A stretch of DNA of 64,000 nt from a virus (Duplodnaviria; Heunggongvirae; Uroviricota; Caudoviricetes): positions 12,254 to 76,253 of IMG/VR virus record IMGVR_UViG_3300028048_000107. One strand, given 5' to 3'. This document shows positions 18,452 through 28,694 of this stretch, piece by piece. Both the position numbers and the translations under genes were made by a program. A model generated the notes under the pieces. The model saw only the letters and a program-made list of their open reading frames with translations, had not been told where the DNA came from and did no database searches. The stretch's first letter is position 1, and each line of letters opens with the position of its first letter.

Positions 18452-19735
18452 CTAAAATATATTAGCTACTGTCTTTTTTACTTCTTGTTGTTGTGTTTTT
18501 AAATCTTCATCTTTTTCTATATCTTCTAAATCTGGGATGTAATTAAATGTTAAGTGATCAAAATCATAAGCATATAAAAGTTTTTTATCTACTAAACCAT
18601 AACGATTCTTAGCTATACTTAATTGTAATGCTCCTGCTTTCTTTTGAATAGCAATAATTCTAGTAGACACTTGCGCTAAAGAATATGATCCACCAATGGA
18701 CTCTGCGTCCATATCCACCTGTTCATTACTCTTACTTTCATTTTGTCTACGTCTTGCTTGTACTACACCAACTACAGGTATTTTATATTGTGTAGACATT
18801 GAAAGTAACTCTGCACCAACTTCTCCTTCTATTTCAGCTTCTGTTTGCCCCTTTTTAGGATAGTCTTGACGAACATATTTAATACCATCAATAAAAACAA
18901 TATCACATTTAGTCTGCTGAATTAACTGCTCAATTTTACTTACAGTTATTTTTCTATTTAAATCAGTCATATCTACAACAAACAAATGCTTATCGCTTTT
19001 ATTCATGTCCTCAATATATTCTTTGTAGCCATTTATTTGTAAACCTTTTTGCATAGCCAAATTAGAGAAATTAGTGATGTAAGTATCTATACGATATTGA
19101 ATATCAAGCTTTGGCATTTCTGGACTAATAAATAAAACTCTGTCTCCATCCATACACGCTTTAGCAGCACTACTACAAAGTACTTGAGATTTTCCTGTAT
19201 TAGACTTACTAAGGTAAAGAAATAGATCTCCACCTCTCTGATAACCATATACATATTCATTTAATTCTTTAAATGGAGTTTCAATATATATCTCTGCTGG
19301 ATGTCTCTTTCTTTCTTCCCAAACCTCTAATCTTTCCTTATCATGCATCATATCAACGCAAGTTATTTCATTAGTAAGTTTTAACTCATCTACATGAGAT
19401 AAAAGATATCTAACACCATCATTAGCATCTTTTTCCATCATCTTCCCAGAAGATTGAATTAAAGTTACACAACGATTAAATAACCTAAATTCTCTAATAT
19501 CATCTAATACAGATTTAAAATTAGAAGGTAAGTCTGTAAAAGAAAAATTCGGACAATTCGCAATTAACTGTTCAGCTGTTGGTGTAGATTTATATTTTTC
19601 ATAATATTCTCTAACATAATTAAATGCATCTCTATGCTCAAAGAAATAAGACTCATCCAAGAAGTTACTAGTTAATACAGAATAGTCTTTATCTTTTATT
19701 ACTTTAGTTATTACTTGACTTTCTGAAAGGCTCAT
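18452..19735 (-). CDS. replicative DNA helicase (DnaB family)
   Basis: Walker A LSKSNTGKSQVL; FIDGIKYV; VQARRR (DnaB SQLNR region). Confidence 0.75.
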   Translation of the reverse strand: MSLSESQVITKVIKDKDYSVLTSNFLDESYFFEHRDAFNYVREYYEKYKSTPTAEQLIANCPNFSFTDLPSNFKSVLDDIREFRLFNRCVTLIQSSGKMMEKDANDGVRYLLSHVDELKLTNEITCVDMMHDKERLEVWEERKRHPAEIYIETPFKELNEYVYGYQRGGDLFLYLSKSNTGKSQVLCSSAAKACMDGDRVLFISPEMPKLDIQYRIDTYITNFSNLAMQKGLQINGYKEYIEDMNKSDKHLFVVDMTDLNRKITVSKIEQLIQQTKCDIVFIDGIKYVRQDYPKKGQTEAEIEGEVGAELLSMSTQYKIPVVGVVQARRRQNESKSNEQVDMDAESIGGSYSLAQVSTRIIAIQKKAGALQLSIAKNRYGLVDKKLLYAYDFDHLTFNYIPDLEDIEKDEDLKTQQQEVKKTVANIF

Positions 19736-20451
19736 TTAGATCTCTTCCTTCTGTATGTATTAGTTGACTCTCTATGCCCACCGCCTTTAATCTCCAATAC
19801 AATATCACTTAATATTCTATCAGAGGTTCTTGCTCCACATGAAGCTTCTAATTCCTGTGCATTTAAATTACTTGTAAATATAGTAGCTTTCTGATTTCGA
19901 TACCTACTATCAATAATGTCTGTGATAACAGTATCGTCATATTTAGTTGTATGTGTTGCAGACAAATCATCTAATATGAGAAGTTTTACATTCAATGCCT
20001 TTTGTATCACTTCTTGACGCTCTTCTGGATTCTCAAAGTTTTTAGCTTTAGCCAAAAAACTAGGAACATATACAAAATAAGCCACATTAGGATTAAAACC
20101 ATTACCTAAACTATTCATTGCTAAATATGTTAGCATAATTTTAATTGCCCAACTACTACGCCCTGCTCCTGGATAATGTCCCCAAATATATAAAAACCGT
20201 CCTTCATCCACAAAGGTATCTATATCAGTCTTTATATCATTTAAAGTATAAAATACATCTACGTCTTCATCAGAAGGTGTTAATAATATCTTATCATAAC
20301 TCTTGAACTTATCTGGAACTTCACTTGCAAAAAGCAAGTAATCAAATTCTCTACGCATTGCACAGAATTTATTACAACCTTTAGTCTTTTCTAAATGACA
20401 AGATCCGTTAAACCAACATTTATCCTCATAATGATACTCATATTCATTCAC
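19732..20451 (-). CDS. DnaC/IstB-like AAA+ helicase loader
   Basis: P-loop-like GHYPGAGRS, Walker B LLILDDL, sensor-1 IFTSN; N-terminal Cys cluster. Confidence 0.5.
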   Translation of the reverse strand: MNEYEYHYEDKCWFNGSCHLEKTKGCNKFCAMRREFDYLLFASEVPDKFKSYDKILLTPSDEDVDVFYTLNDIKTDIDTFVDEGRFLYIWGHYPGAGRSSWAIKIMLTYLAMNSLGNGFNPNVAYFVYVPSFLAKAKNFENPEERQEVIQKALNVKLLILDDLSATHTTKYDDTVITDIIDSRYRNQKATIFTSNLNAQELEASCGARTSDRILSDIVLEIKGGGHRESTNTYRRKRSK

Positions 20452-20452
20452 T

Positions 20453-20659
20453 TTACCACCCCCTCTTTTTCTCCCAACTATAACATCTTTTAAAATCTTT
20501 TTCTAAATTACAAGTACGAGTAAAGCTATTAAAATACTTACAAGAACTACATTTTGATTGCCTATAGCTTAATCTAACCACATTATTATTTTTACCTTCC
20601 TGATAAGTTTGAAAAAGCATAAGAACAATTATTATCCAACAAGATATTATAAGCCACAT
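20453..20659 (-). CDS. small membrane protein
   Basis: MWLIISCWIIIVLMLF TM helix; promoter at 20686..20714 with RBS. Confidence 0.35.
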   Translation of the reverse strand: MWLIISCWIIIVLMLFQTYQEGKNNNVVRLSYRQSKCSSCKYFNSFTRTCNLEKDFKRCYSWEKKRGW

Positions 20660-20685
20660 CTATCTATCCCCTTTCTGCACATATT

Positions 20686-20735
20686 ATCATAGCACAAAAA
20701 AGAGAAAATGTCAAGGGGAAATTGCTTTCCCCTTA
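20686..20735 (-). promoter_or_regulatory. promoter TTGACA-N17-TGcTATGAT overlapping a GGGGAAAgcaaTTTCCCC hairpin
   Basis: tgtcaa 20709..20714; atcata 20686..20691; hairpin 20715..20733. Confidence 0.45.
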
Positions 20736-20747
20736 CAAAAATATTTA

Positions 20748-20924
20748 GATAATTCTAACAAGGTCAATATCAATATCTACATCTGATAGCTGATAATCTA
20801 AATCACCAATATCTAAATTTGCTTCAATTTCTTCATAGATTTCTTCTTCTGTAGTATCATCTGGAACTACTATAGTTACTTTAGCTTTACCGTTTACATA
20901 GCAATTTGCAGTTACTTCTTTCAT
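20748..20924 (-). CDS. small acidic protein (58 aa), absent from ORF track
   Basis: ATG at 20924 overlaps stop of 20921..21565 (ATGA), RBS GGAGGG; MKEVTANCYVNGKAKVTIVVPDDTTEEEIYEEIEANLDIGDLDY... Confidence 0.25.
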
Positions 20925-21565
20925 TTTACCCTCCGCACATATTTTGGATAAACTTTCTTAGTATTAACTTTTTTACCTGCCTCATCTACTAATATTTTCT
21001 TACCACTAGGAGATTTTATTTCGTAGTATTTAGTTAAAGGTTCTTTACCACACTCTTGCATGAAATCATCAAACATATCTATACCATTTTGCTGTCTATA
21101 TAGATTAGACATAGCACACATTATATTTACATTAAAATTTAATATGTCACTATTATCATAACCCCATAGAATATCTTCTATCTTATCTTCTCCGATAAAA
21201 GAAAACATGTCCATAGACGAAAATTTTTCAATGGTACTGAAATAATCTATACACTCATATTTCTTGCCATCATATACTTTATTAGGAATAAATGTAATTA
21301 AAAATTCTTTTGGAGTTAACCTAGCTAAAAGTTGTGTTGTTTCTGTACCTGCTTGAAATATTAAATAACTATTATCTTCTAACTTACAAATACAATTAAA
21401 ATCTTTAACTAAGCATCTACAAAGTTTCATATATTGATATCTATCATATGGATCTAGATTTAACAAAATATCATCTATCATTGACTTATATTTCTCATGC
21501 CACCATTCAGTAGTTTTCTTTTTACCATCAATTAATTGAAAATTAGTAGATGTCACCGCTTTCAT
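20921..21565 (-). CDS. hypothetical protein
   Basis: 214-aa ORF. Confidence 0.4.
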   Translation of the reverse strand: MKAVTSTNFQLIDGKKKTTEWWHEKYKSMIDDILLNLDPYDRYQYMKLCRCLVKDFNCICKLEDNSYLIFQAGTETTQLLARLTPKEFLITFIPNKVYDGKKYECIDYFSTIEKFSSMDMFSFIGEDKIEDILWGYDNSDILNFNVNIMCAMSNLYRQQNGIDMFDDFMQECGKEPLTKYYEIKSPSGKKILVDEAGKKVNTKKVYPKYVRRVK

Positions 21566-21770
21566 AGTCTACTTCCTCGTATTCTACATTAGGCTTAAAA
21601 ATTTTATCCACCTTAAATAAAAGATAATCATCTGCATGATCATTATCATCTTCTAATATACACTGCTGAAAATCGTCTATATCTGCGAAAATAAAATCCT
21701 CTATTGTATATGTATGTAGTGGATTATATGAATAGAGTTTTCCTGTACTACGATTAACTGCAATAAACAT
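21543..21770 (-). CDS. hypothetical protein
   Basis: 75 aa, acidic. Confidence 0.35.
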   Translation of the reverse strand: MFIAVNRSTGKLYSYNPLHTYTIEDFIFADIDDFQQCILEDDNDHADDYLLFKVDKIFKPNVEYEEVDYESGDIY

Positions 21771-21956
21771 TATAGTTCTCCTTTTTTAATAACTTCCAAT
21801 AATTCTGAATCTTTTAAGTTGTATAACTTGCCACAATCAAGGTCTGCTGTACCATATTCTTCCATCAATATGTTATAAAGTAATTGCAAAAATCTTTGAT
21901 GAGGATACTTTGCATGTAACTTTATTAATTCTTGCCCTAATATTACTATATCTAAT

Positions 21957-22403
21957 TTACTTTCCACTAGAACCAACTCCACCAGTACGAATATCTGAAA
22001 GTGGTTTATCATCATCTGTAATATAATATGAAGAAAAGATGCCTTGAGCAATTCTATCATACTTCTTAATTTCTACAGACTCATCCCCATAATTATATAA
22101 TGCCACTAAAAGATTGCCATCGGTTTGGATATTGCTATAATAAGAGCTATCTATAATTCCTGTAATATTAGCAAGCATTAAATGTTTTTTAATTCCTATA
22201 GAGCTACGCACATGAATAGCCAAATATTCATTACAAGGCATATATGCTTTTACATCTGTCTTAAATACATGCATAGTATTAGGTGCTATAATAGCATCTT
22301 CATTACTATAAATATCATATCCTGCTGATCTTGAATCAGACCTTGTTGGTAATTTTACATCTTTACTAGCATCCTTTACTCTCTCAAATCCTCTGTATCG
22401 CAA
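21957..22403 (-). CDS. dut: dUTP diphosphatase (trimeric dUTPase)
   Basis: AGYDIYS, VRSSIG, GIIDSSYYS (motif III), C-terminal RTGGVGSSG (motif V). Confidence 0.8.
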   Translation of the reverse strand: MRYRGFERVKDASKDVKLPTRSDSRSAGYDIYSNEDAIIAPNTMHVFKTDVKAYMPCNEYLAIHVRSSIGIKKHLMLANITGIIDSSYYSNIQTDGNLLVALYNYGDESVEIKKYDRIAQGIFSSYYITDDDKPLSDIRTGGVGSSGK

Positions 22404-22591
22404 AATTCTTCCTCCTTTGGATCAATCTTCTTCATTAAACTAATTGCAACTTCAAGCTTTTTCATAGCTACTGATACTTCCAAAATTGCTACGTCAACAT
22501 ATTCCTTATCAACATAATTAAGATGATTTTCTGCAACTTCCAAATCAGAAATTGCTTCATCAATTAATTTCTTTACTTCTTCCTTGCTCAT
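22376..22591 (-). CDS. hypothetical protein
   Basis: 71 aa, helical. Confidence 0.35.
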   Translation of the reverse strand: MSKEEVKKLIDEAISDLEVAENHLNYVDKEYVDVAILEVSVAMKKLEVAISLMKKIDPKEEEFCDTEDLRE

Positions 22592-22935
22592 TAAAAAACC
22601 AAATCCTTTCTTATTTTACTTTCATCTTGCTTTTTCCTAGTTACAGACTCTTGTGGTCTATTATTATTTTGTTCATAAGCCATCTGCCTGTATCCGCACA
22701 TTACAGATCTATGAACCATTTGAACTCTTTCTATCTTAGGTATTTTTTCTAAGAGTTCACATTGAGCTATCCAGCTTATTTTAGTTGGATAGAATCGTTT
22801 TTGTCTACATACTTTTAGAAAATCTTTAATCTCTTTCATTAAAGCCCTATCATCTCCAAACTTAGATTCAGCAATTTCTAAAAGCGTTAGATTTTTCTTA
22901 GGCTTCTCCTGTTTAGGGATATTAAATAGACCCAT
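22591..22935 (-). CDS. hypothetical protein
   Basis: First gene after terminator/promoter module 22963..23032; RBS AAGGAGGA. Confidence 0.4.
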   Translation of the reverse strand: MGLFNIPKQEKPKKNLTLLEIAESKFGDDRALMKEIKDFLKVCRQKRFYPTKISWIAQCELLEKIPKIERVQMVHRSVMCGYRQMAYEQNNNRPQESVTRKKQDESKIRKDLVF

Positions 22936-22962
22936 ATTTGCTCCTCCTTAATTTCTATACAT

Positions 22963-22991
22963 AGTATATCACACTTCTAAAGATTTGTCAA
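22963..22991 (-). promoter_or_regulatory. sigma-A-type promoter (TTGACA-N17-TGaTATACT)
   Basis: tgtcaa 22986..22991; agtata 22963..22968. Confidence 0.5.
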
Positions 22992-22995
22992 GAAG

Positions 22996-23032
22996 AAAAA
23001 TAAAAAAGGACAGGAAAATTTTCTCCTGTCCT
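22996..23032 (-). terminator. intrinsic terminator just upstream of promoter
   Basis: GGACAGGAGAAAAUUUUCCUGUCC hairpin + UUUUUUAUUUUU on the minus strand. Confidence 0.55.
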
Positions 23033-23040
23033 TGGAATTT

Positions 23041-23466
23041 TTACATAGGATTATCGTTCATCAATCTTTGAGCTAAACTTTCTAACACCCATTTACCAAT
23101 ACGTTGTTTAAGGGCATCTACATCTGCAAGCTGTTTTTCACCTTGAGTTAGATTTACATAACCATTAAAAGAAATATTATTGCCTGCCACATTAAAAATC
23201 AAGGTGTCCTCTACTACTGCATCTGGATTATAGGCAAAAACATCAAATACTGGCCCTTGTGGTTTAATGTTGCCACGAATACGTACAATAGAAAGTGGCT
23301 CAATATAATCTTGACTTACTTCAACCTCTTCGATTGTAATTACATCATATTCACCAGTCTTTAAAAGATTAGCTTTAAGTGTACCAGCATTATCTTCTTG
23401 ATCACAAGCAGAAATAATTTGACCATTTCTACCATTTTTTAGTAGATATACATACATATGCATCAT
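23041..23466 (-). CDS. hypothetical protein (paralog of 23485..24036)
   Basis: MMHMYVYLLKNGRNGQIISACD... parallels MNVYILRNGLNRQFINAYD... of the upstream paralog. Confidence 0.4.
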   Translation of the reverse strand: MMHMYVYLLKNGRNGQIISACDQEDNAGTLKANLLKTGEYDVITIEEVEVSQDYIEPLSIVRIRGNIKPQGPVFDVFAYNPDAVVEDTLIFNVAGNNISFNGYVNLTQGEKQLADVDALKQRIGKWVLESLAQRLMNDNPM

Positions 23467-23484
23467 ACCTCCTTTATAATATTA

Positions 23485-24036
23485 TTAACCTTCTCCATCT
23501 CCCGTTTCTGTATCACCCTCAGTAGGTTCTGTACTTCCTCCTTCTCCACCAGTATCTGGGTCAGGATCTGAAGTTGGCTCTGGTTCAGGTTCAGGATCTG
23601 GTTGTGGATCTACCTGTTCAGGATTATCATTAACAAGACGTTCACTAAATAATCCTTCAATCCAACTTGTAAGTCTAGTTTTTAAAGATGTAATATCACT
23701 AGCACTAATTTCTGCCTCAGTTAATTTAGCATACCCAACAAAGCTAACAAGATTGGCAGTTACAGTAAATGTCATCTTATCTACTTCTGTTACTCCTTCT
23801 GGAATATTATATGGAGTAATAGTAAGTCTAGGGCCACCAGATGCAAAATATCCTTCTACTTTTACAGCAGATAATGCTGTTACTACATCAGAACTTACCT
23901 CAATAGTTTCTAGATCAATTTTACGATAAGATCCAACCTTTAAAAGATTACTACGTTCTGCAATGGCACTTGCTTCCGTGTCATATGCATTAATAAATTG
24001 TCTGTTAAGACCGTTTCTTAGAATATATACGTTCAA
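23485..24036 (-). CDS. hypothetical protein with acidic PEPEPEP/DPDPD tail (paralog of 23041..23466)
   Basis: Shared N-terminal domain; C-terminal low-complexity PQPDPEPEPEPTSDPDPDTGGEGG. Confidence 0.4.
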   Translation of the reverse strand: MNVYILRNGLNRQFINAYDTEASAIAERSNLLKVGSYRKIDLETIEVSSDVVTALSAVKVEGYFASGGPRLTITPYNIPEGVTEVDKMTFTVTANLVSFVGYAKLTEAEISASDITSLKTRLTSWIEGLFSERLVNDNPEQVDPQPDPEPEPEPTSDPDPDTGGEGGSTEPTEGDTETGDGEG

Positions 24037-24039
24037 AAC

Positions 24040-24522
24040 TCATCCCTCCAAATTTAATAAAACTACTTTATTACTATCTAAAGACGCTTTTACGTCTATT
24101 ATTCTTTGATTTGATGACCCTCTAAAAGCTAAATTTAAATCTCTTAACTCATCTACATATTTACCATCAACTAATACATCTATATAACGCAATATTTCTT
24201 TATCACACAATGTATCATAGGTATATCCAGTATATACCCAAATCTTTTTACTTAATTTTTTACACAAAGATAATACTGTATCATAATTTTCTGGTGTTAA
24301 TGGTTCTCCACCCAATATAGATACTCTATCAACATGTTTATTATTAGCCAATTCAATGAACTTATTTTCAATATCAGGAGTCCATTCCTTACCGCCATTA
24401 AAATCCCAAGTTACTTGATTAAAACAGTTCTTACAATGAAAATGGCATCCTTGTACATATAGTGCTATACCTATACCTATACCATTTGACACATCAAAAT
24501 TTCTTATACTTGCAAAATTCAT
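24040..24522 (-). CDS. nrdG: anaerobic ribonucleotide reductase activating protein (radical SAM)
   Basis: CHFHCKNC (CxxxCxxC) near N-terminus; directly downstream of nrdD. Confidence 0.75.
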   Translation of the reverse strand: MNFASIRNFDVSNGIGIGIALYVQGCHFHCKNCFNQVTWDFNGGKEWTPDIENKFIELANNKHVDRVSILGGEPLTPENYDTVLSLCKKLSKKIWVYTGYTYDTLCDKEILRYIDVLVDGKYVDELRDLNLAFRGSSNQRIIDVKASLDSNKVVLLNLEG

Positions 24523-24854
24523 TACAACGCCTCATGATTATCTAAATGCACATATCTCTCGTTTATTTCTTGTGTTCTTCCTTGGTTAAAGAAGTTAGAA
24601 CTTATATAACCACAAACTCTACGTCTTACAACCATAAGTCTATGATCTGTATTACCACAATTTGGACACTGCCAATCAAGCTTTCCATCTTTATCTATAA
24701 TCTTTATTTCACCTTGATATCCACATACCATACAAGCGTCAGATTTAGTATTTATTTCAGCATACATTATTGTATTATAAATATGCTTAACTATAGACAT
24801 TAGTGCATCCAAATTATTAGTAACGTCACAACTTTCTACATAACTTATTGCCAA
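24522..24854 (-). CDS. nrdD: anaerobic ribonucleoside-triphosphate reductase NrdD, exon 3 (C-terminal Zn ribbon + glycyl radical)
   Basis: YAEINTKSDACMVCGY...CPNCGN zinc ribbon and RVCGY glycyl-radical motif. The 5' boundary is approximate: the first ~10-30 codons of the track ORF may be intron. Confidence 0.7.
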   Translation of the reverse strand: MAISYVESCDVTNNLDALMSIVKHIYNTIMYAEINTKSDACMVCGYQGEIKIIDKDGKLDWQCPNCGNTDHRLMVVRRRVCGYISSNFFNQGRTQEINERYVHLDNHEAL

Positions 24855-25850
24855 AGTCCCTTTGCTTGTAATTTCTTAATTACAATGCTCTCTAGCTCAT
24901 CTTTTGTTTTTTGTGATAAATCTTTTGTAAACTCAAATTTTTTAGTTTGTTCATGTTCATTTGCAAAGTCACCAAAAACTAGTTTTTCTGCAAAATATCG
25001 TTTATACACAGCATCTTTAACTGACTTACAATATCCTAAATGACATCTAGTATTATTTATTCTAATCTCTGGATCATACCTATCACGGTCTGCCCTATAA
25101 GTTACACCTAAGAAACCACTGGTGTTATTACTCATAAATGCCTTATTCCTAACATTTTCTGACTGTTTACATATCCTAAGATTAGATAATCTATTATTTA
25201 AAGGATTGCCATCTATGTGGTCAACAACATATCCAGCTTCTATCTGCTCCTTAGTTATTCCTGTTATTAACCACGCCAAATCAATCTGAGTACCCCTTGC
25301 TGGCAATCCTGTCACAACATGTTTATGAGATAATCTCCATTTATGATATTTTACATCCTCTATAAAGTCAAAATCAATAATAAATTCAGCCACTTTAATA
25401 TTTTTCTGATTATACACATTAAAAATAACTGTTTTACCATCTTCACTTATTACATAGTCATTTAAATCAGCATTAGTTCTTTGAATATCGTCTAAAAATT
25501 CGCCATATTTTAGTAATTGGTGCATATGCTTACTACATAAACAATAACCATATAAACTTATCTTCTTCTTTAAGGGTCTTTTACAAACATCACAATAAAA
25601 CATTCTCCCCTCAACCTCCGACTATATCTTAGCGTAGCAGGAAACCACTGCTTCACACCGTATGCGCTTCAAACTAGTGCCTATCTCTAGTCTTACAATT
25701 AGTCTGTACACCTTCAATTAAGCTTGGCACGGTATTTCCAAATAGTGTCTACCGTTAGCACTCTTACGAGCACACCCTTTGGCAAGGTTCACATACTTTA
25801 AGGTGGCTTTTCGGCTATGTAGATTGTCCAAACCACCTGGACTTAGTGCT
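24830..25850 (-). ncRNA. group I self-splicing intron 2 in nrdD (core 5' of the HEG, sunY-like layout); boundaries approximate
   Basis: Minus strand carries R-like CAGACUAA (~25698..25709) and S element AAGAUAUAGUCGG (~25620..25632); P-like CCUUGCCAAAGGGUG near 25790; GC-rich structured sequence unlike flanking AT-rich DNA. Confidence 0.5.
24845..25603 (-). CDS. HNH homing endonuclease (HNH plus AP2-like domain), intron-encoded
   Basis: VVDHIDGNPLNNRLSNLR HNH motif; N-terminal CDVC...C Zn; lies between nrdD exons 2 and 3, immediately 3' of the group I R/S elements; RBS GGAGG. Confidence 0.7.
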   Translation of the reverse strand: MFYCDVCKRPLKKKISLYGYCLCSKHMHQLLKYGEFLDDIQRTNADLNDYVISEDGKTVIFNVYNQKNIKVAEFIIDFDFIEDVKYHKWRLSHKHVVTGLPARGTQIDLAWLITGITKEQIEAGYVVDHIDGNPLNNRLSNLRICKQSENVRNKAFMSNNTSGFLGVTYRADRDRYDPEIRINNTRCHLGYCKSVKDAVYKRYFAEKLVFGDFANEHEQTKKFEFTKDLSQKTKDELESIVIKKLQAKGLWQ

Positions 25851-26770
25851 TGATATTCAGCTTCTTTAGTAAGTTTAGTAAACGGATCTACTTCTTCCTT
25901 TACCCAATAATGATAACTATTAGTTATATAATCTCTATCAGTAATTCCTTCTATAATACCAAATCTTCTTTGCAATGCTTTTGCAAATTTATGCACACCT
26001 GTCTCCATAGGAGTTCCATATAAACTATATGAAATATTTTCAGCTTTACGCCACTCTGCACACTTAGCATTGAGGGCCTTCATAACTTCTAATCCAAATT
26101 GTTGTCCCTTGTCCCCATCCATATGAGAACAACCTGTCATATATTTAACACATTCAAATAAACCTGCATACCCAAGACTAGCAGTAGCTATATTATTATA
26201 AAACAGTTTATCAATCTTTTCATTATGTCCTAATCTTGCTAATGCCCCATCCATCCACATAATAGGTGCTTCATCAGCAATAGTATTACTCAAGTGTGCT
26301 ATGCGCTCTTTATGTGCTTTATGGCACAATTCTGCTCTTTCATCAAACAATTCCCAAAATAAATCATAGTCCCCTTTCGATGATAACGCTATATCCACAA
26401 GATTTAATGTAATTACGCCACAATTAAATCTTCCATAATATTTATGATTTATTGGATCTGGTGTAAGAAAACTTCTGCAACCCATGCATGGGTACACATC
26501 ACCTTTAAGTTCCCTCATCTTCTTTGCTGAAATGTAATCAGGAACCATCCTTTTAGCAGTACATTTAACAGCTAATTTAGTCAAATAGTAGTATTCACTA
26601 TCTTCATATATATTATTTTCATCCAGTGTATATAATAATTTGGGGAAAGCTGGTGTAATCCACTGTCCTGCCCTATTTTTCATTCCCTGTATACGCTGAT
26701 TTAAAAATTCTTCAATAAGCATTGCAGTTTCTTTTATATATTCTGGATCTTCATTTAAGTACATAAACAC
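25718..26770 (-). CDS. nrdD: NrdD exon 2 (central catalytic part); last ~30-45 codons of this ORF are probably intron read-through
   Basis: Lies between the N-terminal ATP-cone exon and the C-terminal glycyl-radical exon on the same strand; first M of the track ORF is not the real exon start. Confidence 0.55.
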   Translation of the reverse strand: MFMYLNEDPEYIKETAMLIEEFLNQRIQGMKNRAGQWITPAFPKLLYTLDENNIYEDSEYYYLTKLAVKCTAKRMVPDYISAKKMRELKGDVYPCMGCRSFLTPDPINHKYYGRFNCGVITLNLVDIALSSKGDYDLFWELFDERAELCHKAHKERIAHLSNTIADEAPIMWMDGALARLGHNEKIDKLFYNNIATASLGYAGLFECVKYMTGCSHMDGDKGQQFGLEVMKALNAKCAEWRKAENISYSLYGTPMETGVHKFAKALQRRFGIIEGITDRDYITNSYHYWVKEEVDPFTKLTKEAEYQALSPGGLDNLHSRKATLKYVNLAKGCARKSANGRHYLEIPCQA

Positions 26771-27842
26771 AGATACAAATGGAGATTGCGGAATCCATTA
26801 TTCCGTAGACTATATCTTTATCCAAAATTGGATAGATAGCACTTCCACACATTAAAGTGTGTACGAACAAAAGTTCTAGTCGTTGCACCTTCAGCATAAA
26901 CTGCTAGGCACAGGATTATCAAACAATTAATCTATATTACTTTCCAATGTATCCCATCACAAATACATTCACCATTATGTCTTTTTAAAGCATTATATAA
27001 TTTATAGTTGCTATTGCCTACAGCGTCAACAACTGAATTATACACAATATTATTAGTAACATCTAATAGCTTTATTCTTGTGGGATTTTTACTAACGTGG
27101 TCACTCTTTATCTTTTTTATTTCATCTATATTAGCAGGTATTCCATTATCTATAATATTACCGTTATCATTTAAATATCTAAAAGAATGTTTTTTATGTG
27201 TATACCTTGTGCCTCTACAAACAGCACAAACCTTGGAATGAGAAAACTGGGGATATCTTTTACACAAATCTACAACGCAAGAAAAAATTTCTCCTGTTTC
27301 TAGAATAATTACAGGTTTACTAGATGGATTAGCATCTCCAAACTTACCATACATATGGTTAAGCTCTCCCTTTTGAGCATTACCAATAGAATCTTTAACA
27401 CTCTGGGTTAAAAATGGTTTTGCTCCTCCTCCCTTAAGATTATACCCATGACTAGGATCTGTAGTCATGAAAAATCTTATCCAAAATGATTCTTTTAAAT
27501 CAAGCTCCTCATGAGAACTAGCATAATCTATAATTTTCCACTCAAAATTCTCACTACCATACTTTTTTAATGCACGTTTAAATAACGTACAACCGTGATG
27601 TTTGTAATTTACGCTCTCAATATGTTGCCTTTTTCTATCTGCTAATTTTTGTACTGTTTGACCAATATATCTTTTACCATTGACCACGTTAATCGCTTCA
27701 TATATAATCATTATTTGATTCCCCTGTCAGCATGGTTGTTAATTATCATTTACTATAATTACTAAACGTCAACCATACACCTTAAATAATAAGTTCACTA
27801 TCTTTTCACTATAACATTACTATTATAGGCAGCCAATACTTA
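26771..27842 (-). ncRNA. group I self-splicing intron 1 in nrdD (HEG inserted 5' of the P7 core); boundaries approximate
   Basis: Minus strand has R element GUGCAACGACUAGAA (26877..26888) and S element AAGAUAUAGUCUACGG (26807..26818) about 70 nt apart, followed by a P9-like hairpin GGAAUAAUGGAUUCC. Confidence 0.55.
26932..27711 (-). CDS. GIY-YIG homing endonuclease (I-TevI-like), intron-encoded
   Basis: IYEAINVVNGKRYIGQT (GIY-YIG), R..H, ESFWI; inside intron 1 with the R/S core downstream. Confidence 0.75.
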   Translation of the reverse strand: MIIYEAINVVNGKRYIGQTVQKLADRKRQHIESVNYKHHGCTLFKRALKKYGSENFEWKIIDYASSHEELDLKESFWIRFFMTTDPSHGYNLKGGGAKPFLTQSVKDSIGNAQKGELNHMYGKFGDANPSSKPVIILETGEIFSCVVDLCKRYPQFSHSKVCAVCRGTRYTHKKHSFRYLNDNGNIIDNGIPANIDEIKKIKSDHVSKNPTRIKLLDVTNNIVYNSVVDAVGNSNYKLYNALKRHNGECICDGIHWKVI

Positions 27843-28694
27843 ACCGTTAGAGTTACACATACTATTTATTTGATAGTTAAATGTTTGCACAGAATCAGCT
27901 ATTTCTTTTTTTAAGTCTTCTAATGCAAACTTCTTTACTAAACTATCATCTAGATCACGATTTTTATACTTATTTACATAATATTCATAGCTACTTCTTA
28001 CAAATGGAGCTAAATGAGTTAATGTAATAGTTGTACCACCATATTGACTTGAAGTAACTGATGTAATTACTTGTGTTGCTAATGTGGTTGCAGTTAATAT
28101 TCTATGTGGTTTATCTATATGAACTCCATTTATGTTTGTTCCATTCTGAAGCATATCTTCTAAATTAATTAGACAACAATTTGTTAAATGCTGAGCTGCA
28201 TAATCAAGATCATGTATCTTTATTATAGCTTCTTTATCTGCCTGTATAACATCAGGAGAAAAAATATGTTTTTTAGCCAAGTGTTTACTTACAATACCTG
28301 CCATATAATCACGCTTAGTTGTAACAACATCAGCGTCTTTATTTGAATTTTCTGTAGACCAATATTCATTTTGTCCAGAAAGCATAGAGGATAACTGAGA
28401 TTCTAACTCAGTATCCATATTACGTTGAAACTCCCTAATAGCCCTATACCCCTCATAAGCTCTAGCTACATCTTTTTTACCTCTAGCAATTAATTGATTA
28501 AATACTTCAATTTCTATGTCTGAAATATTAACTTCTTTGACATTCTTATGCAAATCTTTTATATATTCAGAAATATGTAATGCTACTTTTTTAGAGACAT
28601 TCCCACAAAATTTCATTGATTTCAGTATTGCCTTGTATATCTTTTCTGCATTAAAATCCTGTAAGCTCCCATCTCTTTTTCTAACCTTTACCAC
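27843..28694 (-). CDS. nrdD: NrdD exon 1 (ATP cone + N-terminal domain)
   Basis: VKVRKRDGSLQDFNAEKIYKAI ATP-cone start; IHDLD; likely GTG start at 28694 after RBS GAGGGTGAG; exon ends ...CNSNG near 27843. Confidence 0.7.

Noticed and set aside
21770-22060. 96-aa ORF overlapping the dUTPase gene by ~100 nt
   Set aside because: Two-thirds overlaps dut in another frame; only a ~31-codon tail (21770..21865) is free and it lacks an RBS. Possibly a tiny real gene, but unsupported.
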